NCBI GenBank assembly: GCA_965221775.1
Contig: CBDCSU010000006.1
Coordinates: forward strand, 2,496,001 to 2,560,000
Direction: 5' to 3'
From: Candidatus Latescibacterota bacterium
GTDB taxonomy: Bacteria; Latescibacterota; UBA2968; UBA8231
DNA: 64,000 bases
The notes below the pieces were generated by a model. The model ran no database searches. It was not told the origin of the DNA and worked only from the letters and a program-made list of their open reading frames with translations. Shown piece by piece: positions 36,821 through 45,921 of this stretch. Within the stretch, counting starts at the first letter, position 1. Each line of letters begins with the position of its first letter. A program made the position numbers and the translations under genes.

Positions 36821-37003
36821 GTCAACCGTTCCGGCGCCGGAACCCGTCGGGGATGCGGATCCGGTGGCAGGTGGCCGCGCCCCTGGATGGCGGGTTTCAT
36901 GCAGAGAAAGGAGGGCGCGCCGCCGCGGGCGGGTCAAACCCCGGCCCGTTGGCGCCCGCAGGAGCGATGCCGATACTCAGCAGACCGCCCCGGAGCAGAC
37001 CGC

Positions 37004-37750
37004 ATGAACTTCCCCCCTCCTGAATGGATCGACCGCGTCGCTTCGACGAACTCCCTCCTCCTGGAGCGCATCGGCAGCGGTGCGGGCGCGTCCCCCGGGA
37101 CGGTGCTGGCCGCCGACGACCAGACCGGGGGCCGGGGGCGCGGGCAGCGCGCCTGGGTCTCGCGCCCGGGGAGCGACCTCGCCTGCTCCCTGGTGCTCGA
37201 AGCCGCCGGGGCCGGGGCGCGGCAGCTGGGATCGCTGTCCATGGCAGCCGCCCTGGGGGTGGCCGACTGCCTGGAGGACCACGGCCTGACGGCGCAGACC
37301 AAGTGGCCCAACGACGTGATCGCGGGGCGCCGCAAGATCGCCGGCATCCTGCCCGAGCCGGCTCCGGGGGGCCGGCAGCCCCAGCTGGTCGTGCTCGGCA
37401 TCGGCGTGAACCTCGGCATGACCCGGGCCGAGGCGGAGGCGATCGATCAGCCGGCCACCTCGGTCCTCGTGGAGACCGGCTCGGCGCCCTCGCCGCGGGA
37501 GGTGCTCCCCGGCCTGCTGCGGCGGCTGACGCCGTGGCTGGAGGCCTGGACGGCGGGCGGTTTCACCGCCCTGCGCGCCGGCTGGGAAGCGCGCTGCGCC
37601 GGCCTCGGGGAGCGGGTCACCGTGGTCGACGGCGGCCAGCGGCTCAGCGGCGTGCTCGCCGGCTTCGGTGACGGCGGGCAGCTGCTTCTGGAGGAGGGCG
37701 GTTCCGTGCGCGAAGTCTGGGCGGGGAGCCTGACGCTCGGTGGGACCTGA
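37004..37750 (+). CDS. birA: Biotin--[acetyl-CoA-carboxylase] ligase (no HTH domain)
   Basis: STN, QTGGRGRGQRAWVS, KWPND, KIAGIL, GIGVN. Confidence 0.92.
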   Translation: MNFPPPEWIDRVASTNSLLLERIGSGAGASPGTVLAADDQTGGRGRGQRAWVSRPGSDLACSLVLEAAGAGARQLGSLSMAAALGVADCLEDHGLTAQTKWPNDVIAGRRKIAGILPEPAPGGRQPQLVVLGIGVNLGMTRAEAEAIDQPATSVLVETGSAPSPREVLPGLLRRLTPWLEAWTAGGFTALRAGWEARCAGLGERVTVVDGGQRLSGVLAGFGDGGQLLLEEGGSVREVWAGSLTLGGT

Positions 37751-37836
37751 GAGGGGTCAGGATACGCCGAAGGCGCCGCGAGTGGTTCTGGCACTTCCCG
37801 CGTGAGTTGTTCGATTCAGCATCGGCACAGTTGTGG

Positions 37837-38961
37837 TCATCCCGAATCCTTGATGCGGTCGAGCATCCAGTCGACCGTGGACTTGAAGGAGGCCATGCTG
37901 GCCGGGTCGCTCAGCACGCTCATCGGGAAGCTGGGCCGTTTCTCGATGCCGTCGGGGGGAATCTCTACGGAGGGCAACTCGTTGAACCTCTGGCGAAGTT
38001 GCTCACGCATCTCTGCGGATGAGAAGGCAGGTCGTGCCTTGATGTCCTGGAACCGGATTGCTACCAGCCCGGATGTCCGCAGTGCGAGCGGATCATACCG
38101 GTGCTCGCCTTGGGTGACGATGGACCGATAGATACCGGCGCGCCCTCCTCTGCTCCACCAGTCTTCCATACCGCGCTCCCTGAACCAGGCCATCAGGTCC
38201 ACCGCCACCGCCCGCTGCTTCGGGCCCTTCCGCTCCAAGGCCGCCAGGAAGCGAGGCTCGTCCCAAGGCTGCCCCGGACTCGAGCCTGCCTTCTTCGTCC
38301 TGGCAGCGACAGTCTGCCCGATCACGCGGGGGGCCAACGTCTCGAGCCCACTCCCCGAGTAGCGCGGGATCTCCACGGCGAGCACCTCGGCCGGGTCCAT
38401 CTGGTTGTTCAGGAACTCGACGACTCGCTGCAGTTCCGCCGGGATCTCGTCGGCCACGAAGACCAAGCGTATTCGGCCCGCTTGGAGGTTGGTCTTGACC
38501 GCCTTCCAGAACTCCTCCGCCGACTCATGCTCGATGAACTCCTGCAACTGAAGATCGGGATCGTTCCCGGAAGCCTCGCATGAACTGCGGAAGAGAGCCT
38601 GCAGTTGCTCGAGGGGCCAGTGGGCAACCCCGTTCGCCGCGTAGTCGAGCATCTGTCCGACCACCTCTCGGCGGAGCCTGGTGTCCGAGCTTCGCTTGAC
38701 CTCGACCAGGGTCGGCACTCCATCCTGATCCAGGAAGAGGTGGTCGAGGGACCAACGGTCGCCGCCATCGCTCTCGCCCGGAATCCCCGCTTCCCGCGAG
38801 ACCAGCAACCACCGGCGGGGTGAGGTTGGATCGAAGTCGTCGCCCGGCAGCAGGCTCGGGAAGCGGGCGAGAAGGTCCTGCAACTGGTCCTCGGACGAGT
38901 ACTCCTGCTGCTCGAGCTCGACGAGGTCACCCCCATCGGCGATCAGGAATATCTTGCCCAC
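37837..38961 (-). CDS. NucS-like PD-(D/E)XK endonuclease domain protein
   Basis: E.QLQ.LL, SLDHLFLDQDGVPTLVEVKR, REVVGQMLDYA; uncharacterised C-terminal domain. Confidence 0.72.
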   Translation of the reverse strand: MGKIFLIADGGDLVELEQQEYSSEDQLQDLLARFPSLLPGDDFDPTSPRRWLLVSREAGIPGESDGGDRWSLDHLFLDQDGVPTLVEVKRSSDTRLRREVVGQMLDYAANGVAHWPLEQLQALFRSSCEASGNDPDLQLQEFIEHESAEEFWKAVKTNLQAGRIRLVFVADEIPAELQRVVEFLNNQMDPAEVLAVEIPRYSGSGLETLAPRVIGQTVAARTKKAGSSPGQPWDEPRFLAALERKGPKQRAVAVDLMAWFRERGMEDWWSRGGRAGIYRSIVTQGEHRYDPLALRTSGLVAIRFQDIKARPAFSSAEMREQLRQRFNELPSVEIPPDGIEKRPSFPMSVLSDPASMASFKSTVDWMLDRIKDSG

Positions 38962-38973
38962 TGCATTGCTTCC

Positions 38974-39027
38974 TTATTCGGCGATCACGCCGGCAACAGG
39001 GCGAGGAAGGTCCGCGTCGATGACGAA
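38974..39027 (-). pseudogene. Stub of a DUF5615 PIN-like toxin
   Basis: Alternative frame at the DUF433 3' end reads FVIDADLPRPVAGVIAE*, with no start codon. Confidence 0.6.
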
Positions 39028-39236
39028 GGATGGGCTTCTTCTGCTTCTACGAGCTCTTCGGCATATTCAAGCGCGGCCCGTACATCCGCGTCAGTAATGC
39101 CATACTCCTCACATACCTCTTCGGGCGTGGCCCCGCCTGCAAGGCTCCCGATGATTCTGTGTACCGGAACCCGGGTTCCCCTCACCACCGGCTTGCCATG
39201 GCGGATCGAGGGATCGATTGCGATCCGTTCATTCAT
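38985..39236 (-). CDS. DUF433 antitoxin
   Basis: RIAIDPSIRHGKPVVRGTRVPV, G.T.EE..EEY.IT.ADVRAALEY. Confidence 0.9.
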   Translation of the reverse strand: MNERIAIDPSIRHGKPVVRGTRVPVHRIIGSLAGGATPEEVCEEYGITDADVRAALEYAEELVEAEEAHPSSSTRTFLALLPA

Positions 39237-39451
39237 CCTGTGATCTCCATGTCTTCGCGATTGCCGAACCATCGAAGCGGGGCTCGTCAGGAACGTACAG
39301 GAGCGTTTGGACGGTCACAAGCGGGGGCCGACCCCCGGGACGGTGCCGGCCCCGGCGACCATTGGCATCCGCATCCGAACCAGGAATCCCTTGATACCCC
39401 GGCCGGCAGCACGAGGTCACGCGTCCGTCGGGAAAGTCCTCCTTCAGCCGG

Positions 39452-39850
39452 TTGGTCACCGTCCCCGTCACCCACAAGGAGCAGGACTGGGACGAGGTCC
39501 GCGCCTGCCACGACGAGAGCTATCTGCGCTGGTTCGGGTGCGGGTCGAAGGATCCCCTGGACTGGGTGCCCCACCTGTTCCTGATGCAGAGCGAGATGCA
39601 GGAGTGGGGCGAGACCCGCATGCCCGAGGGCGCCCACTACGAGCAGGAGCAGGAGATCCTGAAGACGGAGGTCCGCGGCAACATGGCGATCTCCGTCGTT
39701 CGCGAGTCGGGCCGCTGGCGGTCGGACAGCGGCGAGGTCTACGTCCGCTGGGACGACACCCGCAATGTGTGGTTCACGGGGCGGATCAAGGGCGAGTGGA
39801 AGATCATCGCCGCCTTCTTCCCCGAGGTGACACCCCGCACGCAATCGTAA
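39452..39850 (+). CDS. NTF2/SnoaL-like domain protein, possibly 5'-truncated
   Basis: High-GC3 frame; TEVRGNMAISVV and GEWKIIA strands; weak TTG start. Confidence 0.5.
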   Translation: MVTVPVTHKEQDWDEVRACHDESYLRWFGCGSKDPLDWVPHLFLMQSEMQEWGETRMPEGAHYEQEQEILKTEVRGNMAISVVRESGRWRSDSGEVYVRWDDTRNVWFTGRIKGEWKIIAAFFPEVTPRTQS

Positions 39851-39919
39851 AGGGCGGGTCACGGCCCGGATCCCCCGGGGCGCCTTGTGCCGGCGCGCCC
39901 GGCGCCCGGGCTCTTTCTC

Positions 39920-39949
39920 TTGACACTGTCCGCCTTGTGGCGGTAGAAA
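39920..39949 (+). promoter_or_regulatory. Putative sigma-70 promoter for the methyltransferase-ABC operon
   Basis: TTGACA-N18-TAGAAA. Confidence 0.5.
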
Positions 39950-39996
39950 GTCCTTGTCCTCCGGGTGTTCCGGGGGAGGAGGCTGGGGGAACTTTG

Positions 39997-41004
39997 ATGG
40001 CTGCGGATTCGGACACCTACTACACCCTGTGGCGGCTCAGTTGCGGCGCCGAGGCCCAGGACGTGCTGGCCTGCGCCGTCGAGCTGGGACTCTTCACCCG
40101 GCTGGCCGAGGGACCCAGGACGATCCCGGAGATCGCCGAGGCCATGGAGATCCGGCTGCGGCCGGCAGAGGTCCTGGCCGTGACCTGCGCCTCCATCGGG
40201 GTGTTGCGCAAGGAAGGCGACCGTTACGGGAACGTGGCCGACATGGAGCCGTTCCTCGTCGAGGGAGGAGAGATGTACAACCAGTACACCGCCTTCGGAC
40301 GGGCCGGCTACGTCGACGAGGACCGCGGCGACAAGATCCGCCAGGCCGTGCTCACCGACAAACCCCGGTCCGGCGACGGCTGGCTCGACGCGGCCACGGG
40401 CAAGAAGCAGCCCTTCCCCTTCTACCCCAAGCGCCACCGCCTGCGCATCCTCTGGGGCGACTGCGTGGCGGGGGCCTTCGACTTCACGCGGTTCCGCAAG
40501 ATCACCGACTTGGGCGGGGCCTCGGGCGGCCACCTGGTGGGCATCGTGCGGCGGTTCCCCCACCTGGAGGCGATCGTCTTCGATCTGGAGTACAACCGAG
40601 AGGCCGCCGAAGAGGGCCTCTCCCAGACGGACGAGTCGGGCAGGATCCGCTTCCAGGCCGGGACGTTCTTCGAGGACGAGCTGCCTCCCGGGACCGACGT
40701 CTTCCTCCTGTCCCATATCCTGCACGACTGGGGGTGGGAGCGCTGCCTGCAGATCCTGCGCCGCTGCCGCGAGGCCCTTCCCGACGACGGCGCCGTCGTG
40801 GCCGAGGAGTTCCTGCTCAACGAGGAGAAGACGGGCCCGCTGCTGGCCGCTTTCCAGGGGCTGCACGTGTTCTACAACAACATCGAGGCCCGGCAGTACA
40901 CGGGCTCCGAGATCCGGGAGATGATGGCCGAAGCGGGGTTCGCCCGCAGCGAGGTGCGGCCCATCGACCCCAAGCAGAGCATCGTCATCGGCTGGAAGAT
41001 GTGA
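39997..41004 (+). CDS. Class II O-methyltransferase (CrtF/ASMT-like)
   Basis: Dimerisation HTH AVELGLF, DLGGASG, GTFFEDELP, LSHILHDW. Confidence 0.88.
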   Translation: MAADSDTYYTLWRLSCGAEAQDVLACAVELGLFTRLAEGPRTIPEIAEAMEIRLRPAEVLAVTCASIGVLRKEGDRYGNVADMEPFLVEGGEMYNQYTAFGRAGYVDEDRGDKIRQAVLTDKPRSGDGWLDAATGKKQPFPFYPKRHRLRILWGDCVAGAFDFTRFRKITDLGGASGGHLVGIVRRFPHLEAIVFDLEYNREAAEEGLSQTDESGRIRFQAGTFFEDELPPGTDVFLLSHILHDWGWERCLQILRRCREALPDDGAVVAEEFLLNEEKTGPLLAAFQGLHVFYNNIEARQYTGSEIREMMAEAGFARSEVRPIDPKQSIVIGWKM

Positions 41005-41021
41005 GGATCAGAGGCGGGCTC

Positions 41022-42014
41022 GTGGCGATCATCGCGGTGAGCAGCCTGTCCAAGACCTACAGGATTCCACAGAGGGAACCGGGGCTCAAGGGGGCGATCA
41101 GCAACCTGCTCTTCCCGCGCAGCACGCTCCTGCCGGCTGTCCGGAACCTGACCTTCGACATCGAGCCGGGACAAGTCGTCGCCTACCTGGGCCCCAATGG
41201 CGCCGGCAAGTCGACGACCATCAAGCTCCTCACAGGCATTCTCACGCCTTCGGAAGGGCGGGTCGAGGTGCTCGGCCTCGAACCCCATGCCAAACGCATT
41301 GAGAATGCGAGGAATATCGGCGTCGTCTTCGGGCAGCGCTCCCAGTTGCGGTGGGACCTTCCCGTCATCGAGTCCTTTGAACTCCACCGCAGGCTGTACG
41401 ACCTCTCCTCCTCCTTCTACCGCAGCCAGATGGACCTGTTCTCGGCCACTCTTGATCTCGGCGGCCAACTGAAGAAGAATGCCCGCAGCCTGAGCCTGGG
41501 CCAGAAGATGCTGTGCAACATCGCCCTGTCCCTCCTGCACCGGCCGCCGATCATCTACCTGGACGAGCCCACGATCGGACTGGACATCGTCGTCAAGGAG
41601 AAGATCCGGGACTTCTTCGTCCATCTGAACCGGGAGCACGGCGTGTCGATCCTGCTCACGAGCCATGACCTGGAGGATGTGGAGAAGCTCTGTGAGCGCA
41701 TCATGGTGATCGACAGGGGAAAGATCCTCTTCGACGGGGGGCTCGAGGAGCTGAGAGGCATCTATGGAAAGACGCGGATCATGACCCTGGAGCTCGCCCA
41801 TCCCCCCCGGGGACTCGACGGCCTGAAGGACGCGACCGTGGTGCACAGGCAGGGAAACAAGATCAGGATGGAGTTCGACGGCACCCAGCTGTCGACGACC
41901 CGCCTGATCGGCGAGATCGCCATGGGCAACGACGTGCGAGATGTCGTCATCCAGGAGCAGGAGATCGGCACCATAGTCAAGAGGATCTACCAGGAGAAGG
42001 CGGCGGCGGACTAG
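41022..42014 (+). CDS. ABC exporter ATP-binding protein (COG4586-like)
   Basis: GPNGAGKST, VFGQRSQL.WDLP, LSLGQ, LDEPTIGLD, TSHD. Confidence 0.92.
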   Translation: MAIIAVSSLSKTYRIPQREPGLKGAISNLLFPRSTLLPAVRNLTFDIEPGQVVAYLGPNGAGKSTTIKLLTGILTPSEGRVEVLGLEPHAKRIENARNIGVVFGQRSQLRWDLPVIESFELHRRLYDLSSSFYRSQMDLFSATLDLGGQLKKNARSLSLGQKMLCNIALSLLHRPPIIYLDEPTIGLDIVVKEKIRDFFVHLNREHGVSILLTSHDLEDVEKLCERIMVIDRGKILFDGGLEELRGIYGKTRIMTLELAHPPRGLDGLKDATVVHRQGNKIRMEFDGTQLSTTRLIGEIAMGNDVRDVVIQEQEIGTIVKRIYQEKAAAD

Positions 42015-42019
42015 CCGGG

Positions 42020-42811
42020 ATGGGTCGTTTCACCGGACTGCTGAAGGTCACCTTCCAGGAGGGGCTCGTATACAGGACCCAGTTCCTGGCGGACGTCTCC
42101 GCCGGTTGCGTGTACCTCCTGTCCTGCTACTACCTGTGGCGGGCCGTATACGCCGGGCGATCGGAGATAGAGGGCATCTCCCTCGCCTCCATGGTGGCCT
42201 ATGCGCTGGTGTCGACGCTCATCGGTTTCGTGGTTCGGCAGGACGTGAACGTGGTGGTGGGAGACAAGGTCCATCGGGGCGAGATCGCCATTGAACTGAC
42301 CAAGCCGATCAACTATCAGCTGGTGCTCCTCTACACCGCCGCGGGACAGGCGATCTTCAATCTGGTCTTCAAGGGCCTGCCCGTGGTCCTGGTCTTCGCC
42401 CACGTCCTCGACATAGCCGTCCCCATGGACCCCGGCCGGGTGCTGCTGGCCACCCTCAGCTGCGCTCTCGGCTTCGTTGCATACTTCCTGATCGATCTGT
42501 CCCTGGGCAGCCTCGCCTTCTGGATCACGCAGACGTACGGCGTGAACATGTTCAAGAACGTGCTCATGTCCCTGTGCGCGGGAGGGATCATGCCGCTGGA
42601 CTTCTTCCCGGCCCTGGTGCGCGATGCTCTCGCCTTCATGCCCTTCAAGGGGTGCTTCTATACGCCCCTGTCCATCCTTCTCGGGATCGAACCTTCAGGC
42701 GGGCTGCCCATGCTGATCGCGGAGCAGTTGGGATGGATCGTGGTCCTGCTCCTGGTCTCCCAGGTGCTGTGGAGGAAGGCCCTGCCAAGGGTCGTCGTTC
42801 TGGGGGGATGA
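42020..42811 (+). CDS. ABC-2 family permease (COG4587/DUF990-like)
   Basis: YR motif, GEIAIELTKP, G.IMPLDFFP, MPF...YTP, ends VLGG. Confidence 0.88.
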   Translation: MGRFTGLLKVTFQEGLVYRTQFLADVSAGCVYLLSCYYLWRAVYAGRSEIEGISLASMVAYALVSTLIGFVVRQDVNVVVGDKVHRGEIAIELTKPINYQLVLLYTAAGQAIFNLVFKGLPVVLVFAHVLDIAVPMDPGRVLLATLSCALGFVAYFLIDLSLGSLAFWITQTYGVNMFKNVLMSLCAGGIMPLDFFPALVRDALAFMPFKGCFYTPLSILLGIEPSGGLPMLIAEQLGWIVVLLLVSQVLWRKALPRVVVLGG

Positions 42812-42814
42812 GGG

Positions 42815-43606
42815 ATGACCCGGTACCTGGCACTCTACGGCTTCCTCTTCCTGAGTCACCTGAAGAGCATGCTGGAGTACAAGACCAGCTTCTGGCTCTC
42901 CTTCCTCTCCATGATTGCCACCACCGGCGCCGGTCTCGCCACCATGGGGGTTGTCTTCACCCATGTGGAGGAGATCGCCGGATGGACATTCCCGGAGCTG
43001 TTCTTCCTGTACGCGCTCTCCATCATCGGCATGAGCTTCCATCACGCCTTCACGAACAGTGTCATCTACCTGGATGAGAACATCAGGGACGGCACCTTCG
43101 ATCAGTTGCTCTGCCTGCCCGTGAACACCCTGTTCTACCTCGTGGCCCGCCGCTACACGCCGCTGGGGTTGGGCAACCTGGTCGTGGGAATCGCCTACCT
43201 GGTGGTGGCCAGCCGGATCGCCGGAATAGAATGGGACGCGACGAAGGGCCTGTTTCTGGTGGCAGCCGTCGTTTCCGGGAACGTGATCTGGTTCGCCATC
43301 ATGCTCTTCTTCGGCACCGCTTCCTTCTGGGTGACTCGCACCCATTCCCTGTGCAGTCTCGTGATCAGCATTTACGAATTGACGCGGTACCCTCTGAGCA
43401 TCTACGGACCCAATCTGAAGGGACTGCTCACCTTCGTCCTTCCGTACGCCTTCGTCGCCTACTATCCTGCCCTCTTCCTGCTGGGCAAGGAGGAGGCGGG
43501 AAGCGAATGGGGCCTGCTGTCGCCGCTGGTGGCGGCGGCCCTGATGGTGGGGAGCTACCAGTTCTGGAGACTCGGAATCAGGTCGTACCGAGGCACGGGA
43601 TCCTAG
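42815..43606 (+). CDS. ABC-2 family permease (COG3694/DUF990-like)
   Basis: IAGWT, GTFDQLL.LPVN, YPLSIY, PYAFVAYYP, ends YRGTGS. Confidence 0.88.
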   Translation: MTRYLALYGFLFLSHLKSMLEYKTSFWLSFLSMIATTGAGLATMGVVFTHVEEIAGWTFPELFFLYALSIIGMSFHHAFTNSVIYLDENIRDGTFDQLLCLPVNTLFYLVARRYTPLGLGNLVVGIAYLVVASRIAGIEWDATKGLFLVAAVVSGNVIWFAIMLFFGTASFWVTRTHSLCSLVISIYELTRYPLSIYGPNLKGLLTFVLPYAFVAYYPALFLLGKEEAGSEWGLLSPLVAAALMVGSYQFWRLGIRSYRGTGS

Positions 43607-43652
43607 TGAGCGGGGACTGCCCTGCGCGGATGCATGGAAATGGGCTCCGCAG

Positions 43653-44282
43653 CTACTGCAGCTTGATCATCTTCCGGATGCCGCTGCTCCGCTCCCCCAC
43701 CTGCAGTTGGTACAAGTAGACTCCGGCGGCGGCGGGTCGGCCCAGCGCATCCCGGCCATCCCAGGCCAGTCTGTGCTCGCCGGCCGGCAAGGGACCGCTC
43801 CACACGTGGCGCACCAACTGGCCCGAGACATTGTGGACGGTCAGTTCCACCTCACCGGCATCGACTGGCACCGAGAAGGGGATGATCGTGGCCGGGTTGA
43901 ACGGGTTGGGGTAGTTGAGACCAAGAGCGAGACCGAGGGGGACGGTCACCGGGCCGGAGAGGAGAGCGGTGGCCGCACCCGGGCCGCATGTGGAGGTCAG
44001 GTAGACGCATGCCGGAGTGCCGGGATGATGGTAGTAGTGGTCCTGCCGATAGCCGGGATTGTGGAAGTAGTAGTCGTACCAGAACTCGTTGGGCTTGTGG
44101 TTCTCCCAATCGCACGGCAAGGAGGTCGTGTGATATCCACTGCTTCCCTCGGGGATGCCATGGCAGTCGTCGGCCGGCGTCCGGATGGCCGTGCCGAGGG
44201 CGATGGCCAGCCCGGCCACCAGGCTGCACAGTCGCCCCGGAGCCAGCCCCTGACACGGCTGGATCAGTTCCCTCGATGGCAT
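43653..44282 (-). CDS. Small secreted protein with FlgD Ig-like C-terminal sorting domain
   Basis: Hydrophobic signal; NYPNPFNPAT, VHNVSGQLVR, WDGRD..G...AAGVYLY; alternative start 44339. Confidence 0.8.
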   Translation of the reverse strand: MPSRELIQPCQGLAPGRLCSLVAGLAIALGTAIRTPADDCHGIPEGSSGYHTTSLPCDWENHKPNEFWYDYYFHNPGYRQDHYYHHPGTPACVYLTSTCGPGAATALLSGPVTVPLGLALGLNYPNPFNPATIIPFSVPVDAGEVELTVHNVSGQLVRHVWSGPLPAGEHRLAWDGRDALGRPAAAGVYLYQLQVGERSSGIRKMIKLQ

Positions 44283-44307
44283 GGCGGATTCCACGAAGTG
44301 GGCCACC

Positions 44308-45861
44308 TCAGAAAGGCGTCCAGTTGGGGTGCATGTCATCGTTCGGATCGTCGGTCACCCGCTCCACGTCACCGCCTCCCGCCGGGACGATGTAGATGTC
44401 GTAGCGGGTCTCCTCCTGTGTCTGCCGCGCGAAGGCGATGCGGTTGCCGTCGGGGGACCATGTGGGGGTCCGGTCCCACACCTCGCCGGAGGTCAGCTGG
44501 CGGGTGCCGGTGCCGTCGGCCTCCATGGTCCAGATGTGGTTGGAGTCGCTGGTCGTGTCCCGGACGGTATAGGCGATCCGGGCGCCGTCGGGGGACCACG
44601 ACGACTCCCCGCCCTCGGGGGAGAGCAGGCGCATCACTCCGCTGGCCACGTCCACGGTGAAGATCCCCACCACGTCTGCCTGAGAGGCGACGCAGGAGAT
44701 GACCGAGCCGTCGGGGGACCAAGCCGGCCAGAAGGCCCACGAGGCCTGGGGCTCCTCCGTGAGTTGCTCCACCGCGCCGCCGTCCGCGTCCATGACGAAG
44801 AGGTGGCCCAGTCGGCCGCCGCCGCCGCGGTTCGAGACGAAGGCGATGCGCTGTCCGTCGGGCGACCAGGCGGCAGAGTGGTCGTTGGCCGGGTGCCGCG
44901 TCAGGTTCACCGGATCCCCGCCGCCGGCGTCGAGGACGTAGATCTCGAGACCAAGATCTCTCTCCCGGCGCGAGGTGAAGGCCACCCTCGTCCCGTCGGG
45001 CGACCGGGCCGGTTCCTCGCTGCTGCGCGGGTGGTAGTCGACGAGGGTGTCGGGCACCGCGCCATCGGAGTAAGGCAGGACGGCCAAGGCGGCGGACAGG
45101 TTGACCACCTCGCCGGTCTCCAGGTCCAGGGTGTGCACCTCGAGGCCGGACAGGTAGGAGTCCTCCCGGCGCCGGTTGGAGGCGAACACGAGCTGCTGGC
45201 CCCCGAGGGGAGAGCCGAATCCCTCGGGCGGCTCCTCCGGCGGGACCACCTCGACGCTGTCCTCCGGCTCGGGCTCCGGTGAGGTGAACTCCACGGTGAC
45301 GCCGCGCTCCCGCAGGGCGGCGAGCCGGGCCTGGGCCGCCTCGCTCAGCGGGTTGCCGGTCAGGTCCACGCTCTGCAGGCTGTCGAGACCCGCGAAGGCG
45401 GGCACCTCCGTCACCGCATTGTCGGCCAGCAGCAGCACCTGCAGACTCTTCAGCGACGCCAGGGGCGAGACATCCTCGACCCGGTTGGCCCCCAGATCGA
45501 GGTAGCGCAGCCGCGGGAGCCCCTCCAGCGGAGTGAGGTCCCGGATCTCGTTGCCGTACAGGTCCAGGACCTCCAGTCGCGTCAGCTGCTCGATGCCGCC
45601 CAGGTCGGCGATCCCCCGTTCCTTGGCCGTCAGCGAGACCAGCGCCGCCGCGTCGCCCGTCTCGGCCGCCGCTTCCTCCACGGCGGACTGCAGAGATGAG
45701 TCGGCGAAGGCGAGGGTTACGCCCCCCGTGGAGCCGTCCGGATCGGGCCCGGGGCCGATGGGACGGTCCGGCTCGGAGGAACAGCCGGCCAGCGCCAGGG
45801 TGAACAGGATCACCCGGCTGGAGATCGCCGCCGCCGCTCTCTGTGTCGTCCGGAAACCCAT
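44308..45861 (-). CDS. Lipoprotein with internalin-like LRRs and a TolB-like (PD40) beta-propeller
   Basis: Lipobox LAGC; LRRs LEVLDLYGNEIRDLTPL and LRYLDLGANRVEDVSPL; repeated WSPDG..IAF. Confidence 0.88.
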   Translation of the reverse strand: MGFRTTQRAAAAISSRVILFTLALAGCSSEPDRPIGPGPDPDGSTGGVTLAFADSSLQSAVEEAAAETGDAAALVSLTAKERGIADLGGIEQLTRLEVLDLYGNEIRDLTPLEGLPRLRYLDLGANRVEDVSPLASLKSLQVLLLADNAVTEVPAFAGLDSLQSVDLTGNPLSEAAQARLAALRERGVTVEFTSPEPEPEDSVEVVPPEEPPEGFGSPLGGQQLVFASNRRREDSYLSGLEVHTLDLETGEVVNLSAALAVLPYSDGAVPDTLVDYHPRSSEEPARSPDGTRVAFTSRRERDLGLEIYVLDAGGGDPVNLTRHPANDHSAAWSPDGQRIAFVSNRGGGGRLGHLFVMDADGGAVEQLTEEPQASWAFWPAWSPDGSVISCVASQADVVGIFTVDVASGVMRLLSPEGGESSWSPDGARIAYTVRDTTSDSNHIWTMEADGTGTRQLTSGEVWDRTPTWSPDGNRIAFARQTQEETRYDIYIVPAGGGDVERVTDDPNDDMHPNWTPF

Positions 45862-45921
45862 GACTCGTCCCTTTCGGCTCATGTCGGAGTTACCGGCCAT
45901 CATGGACGTAGTCAAGCGGAA

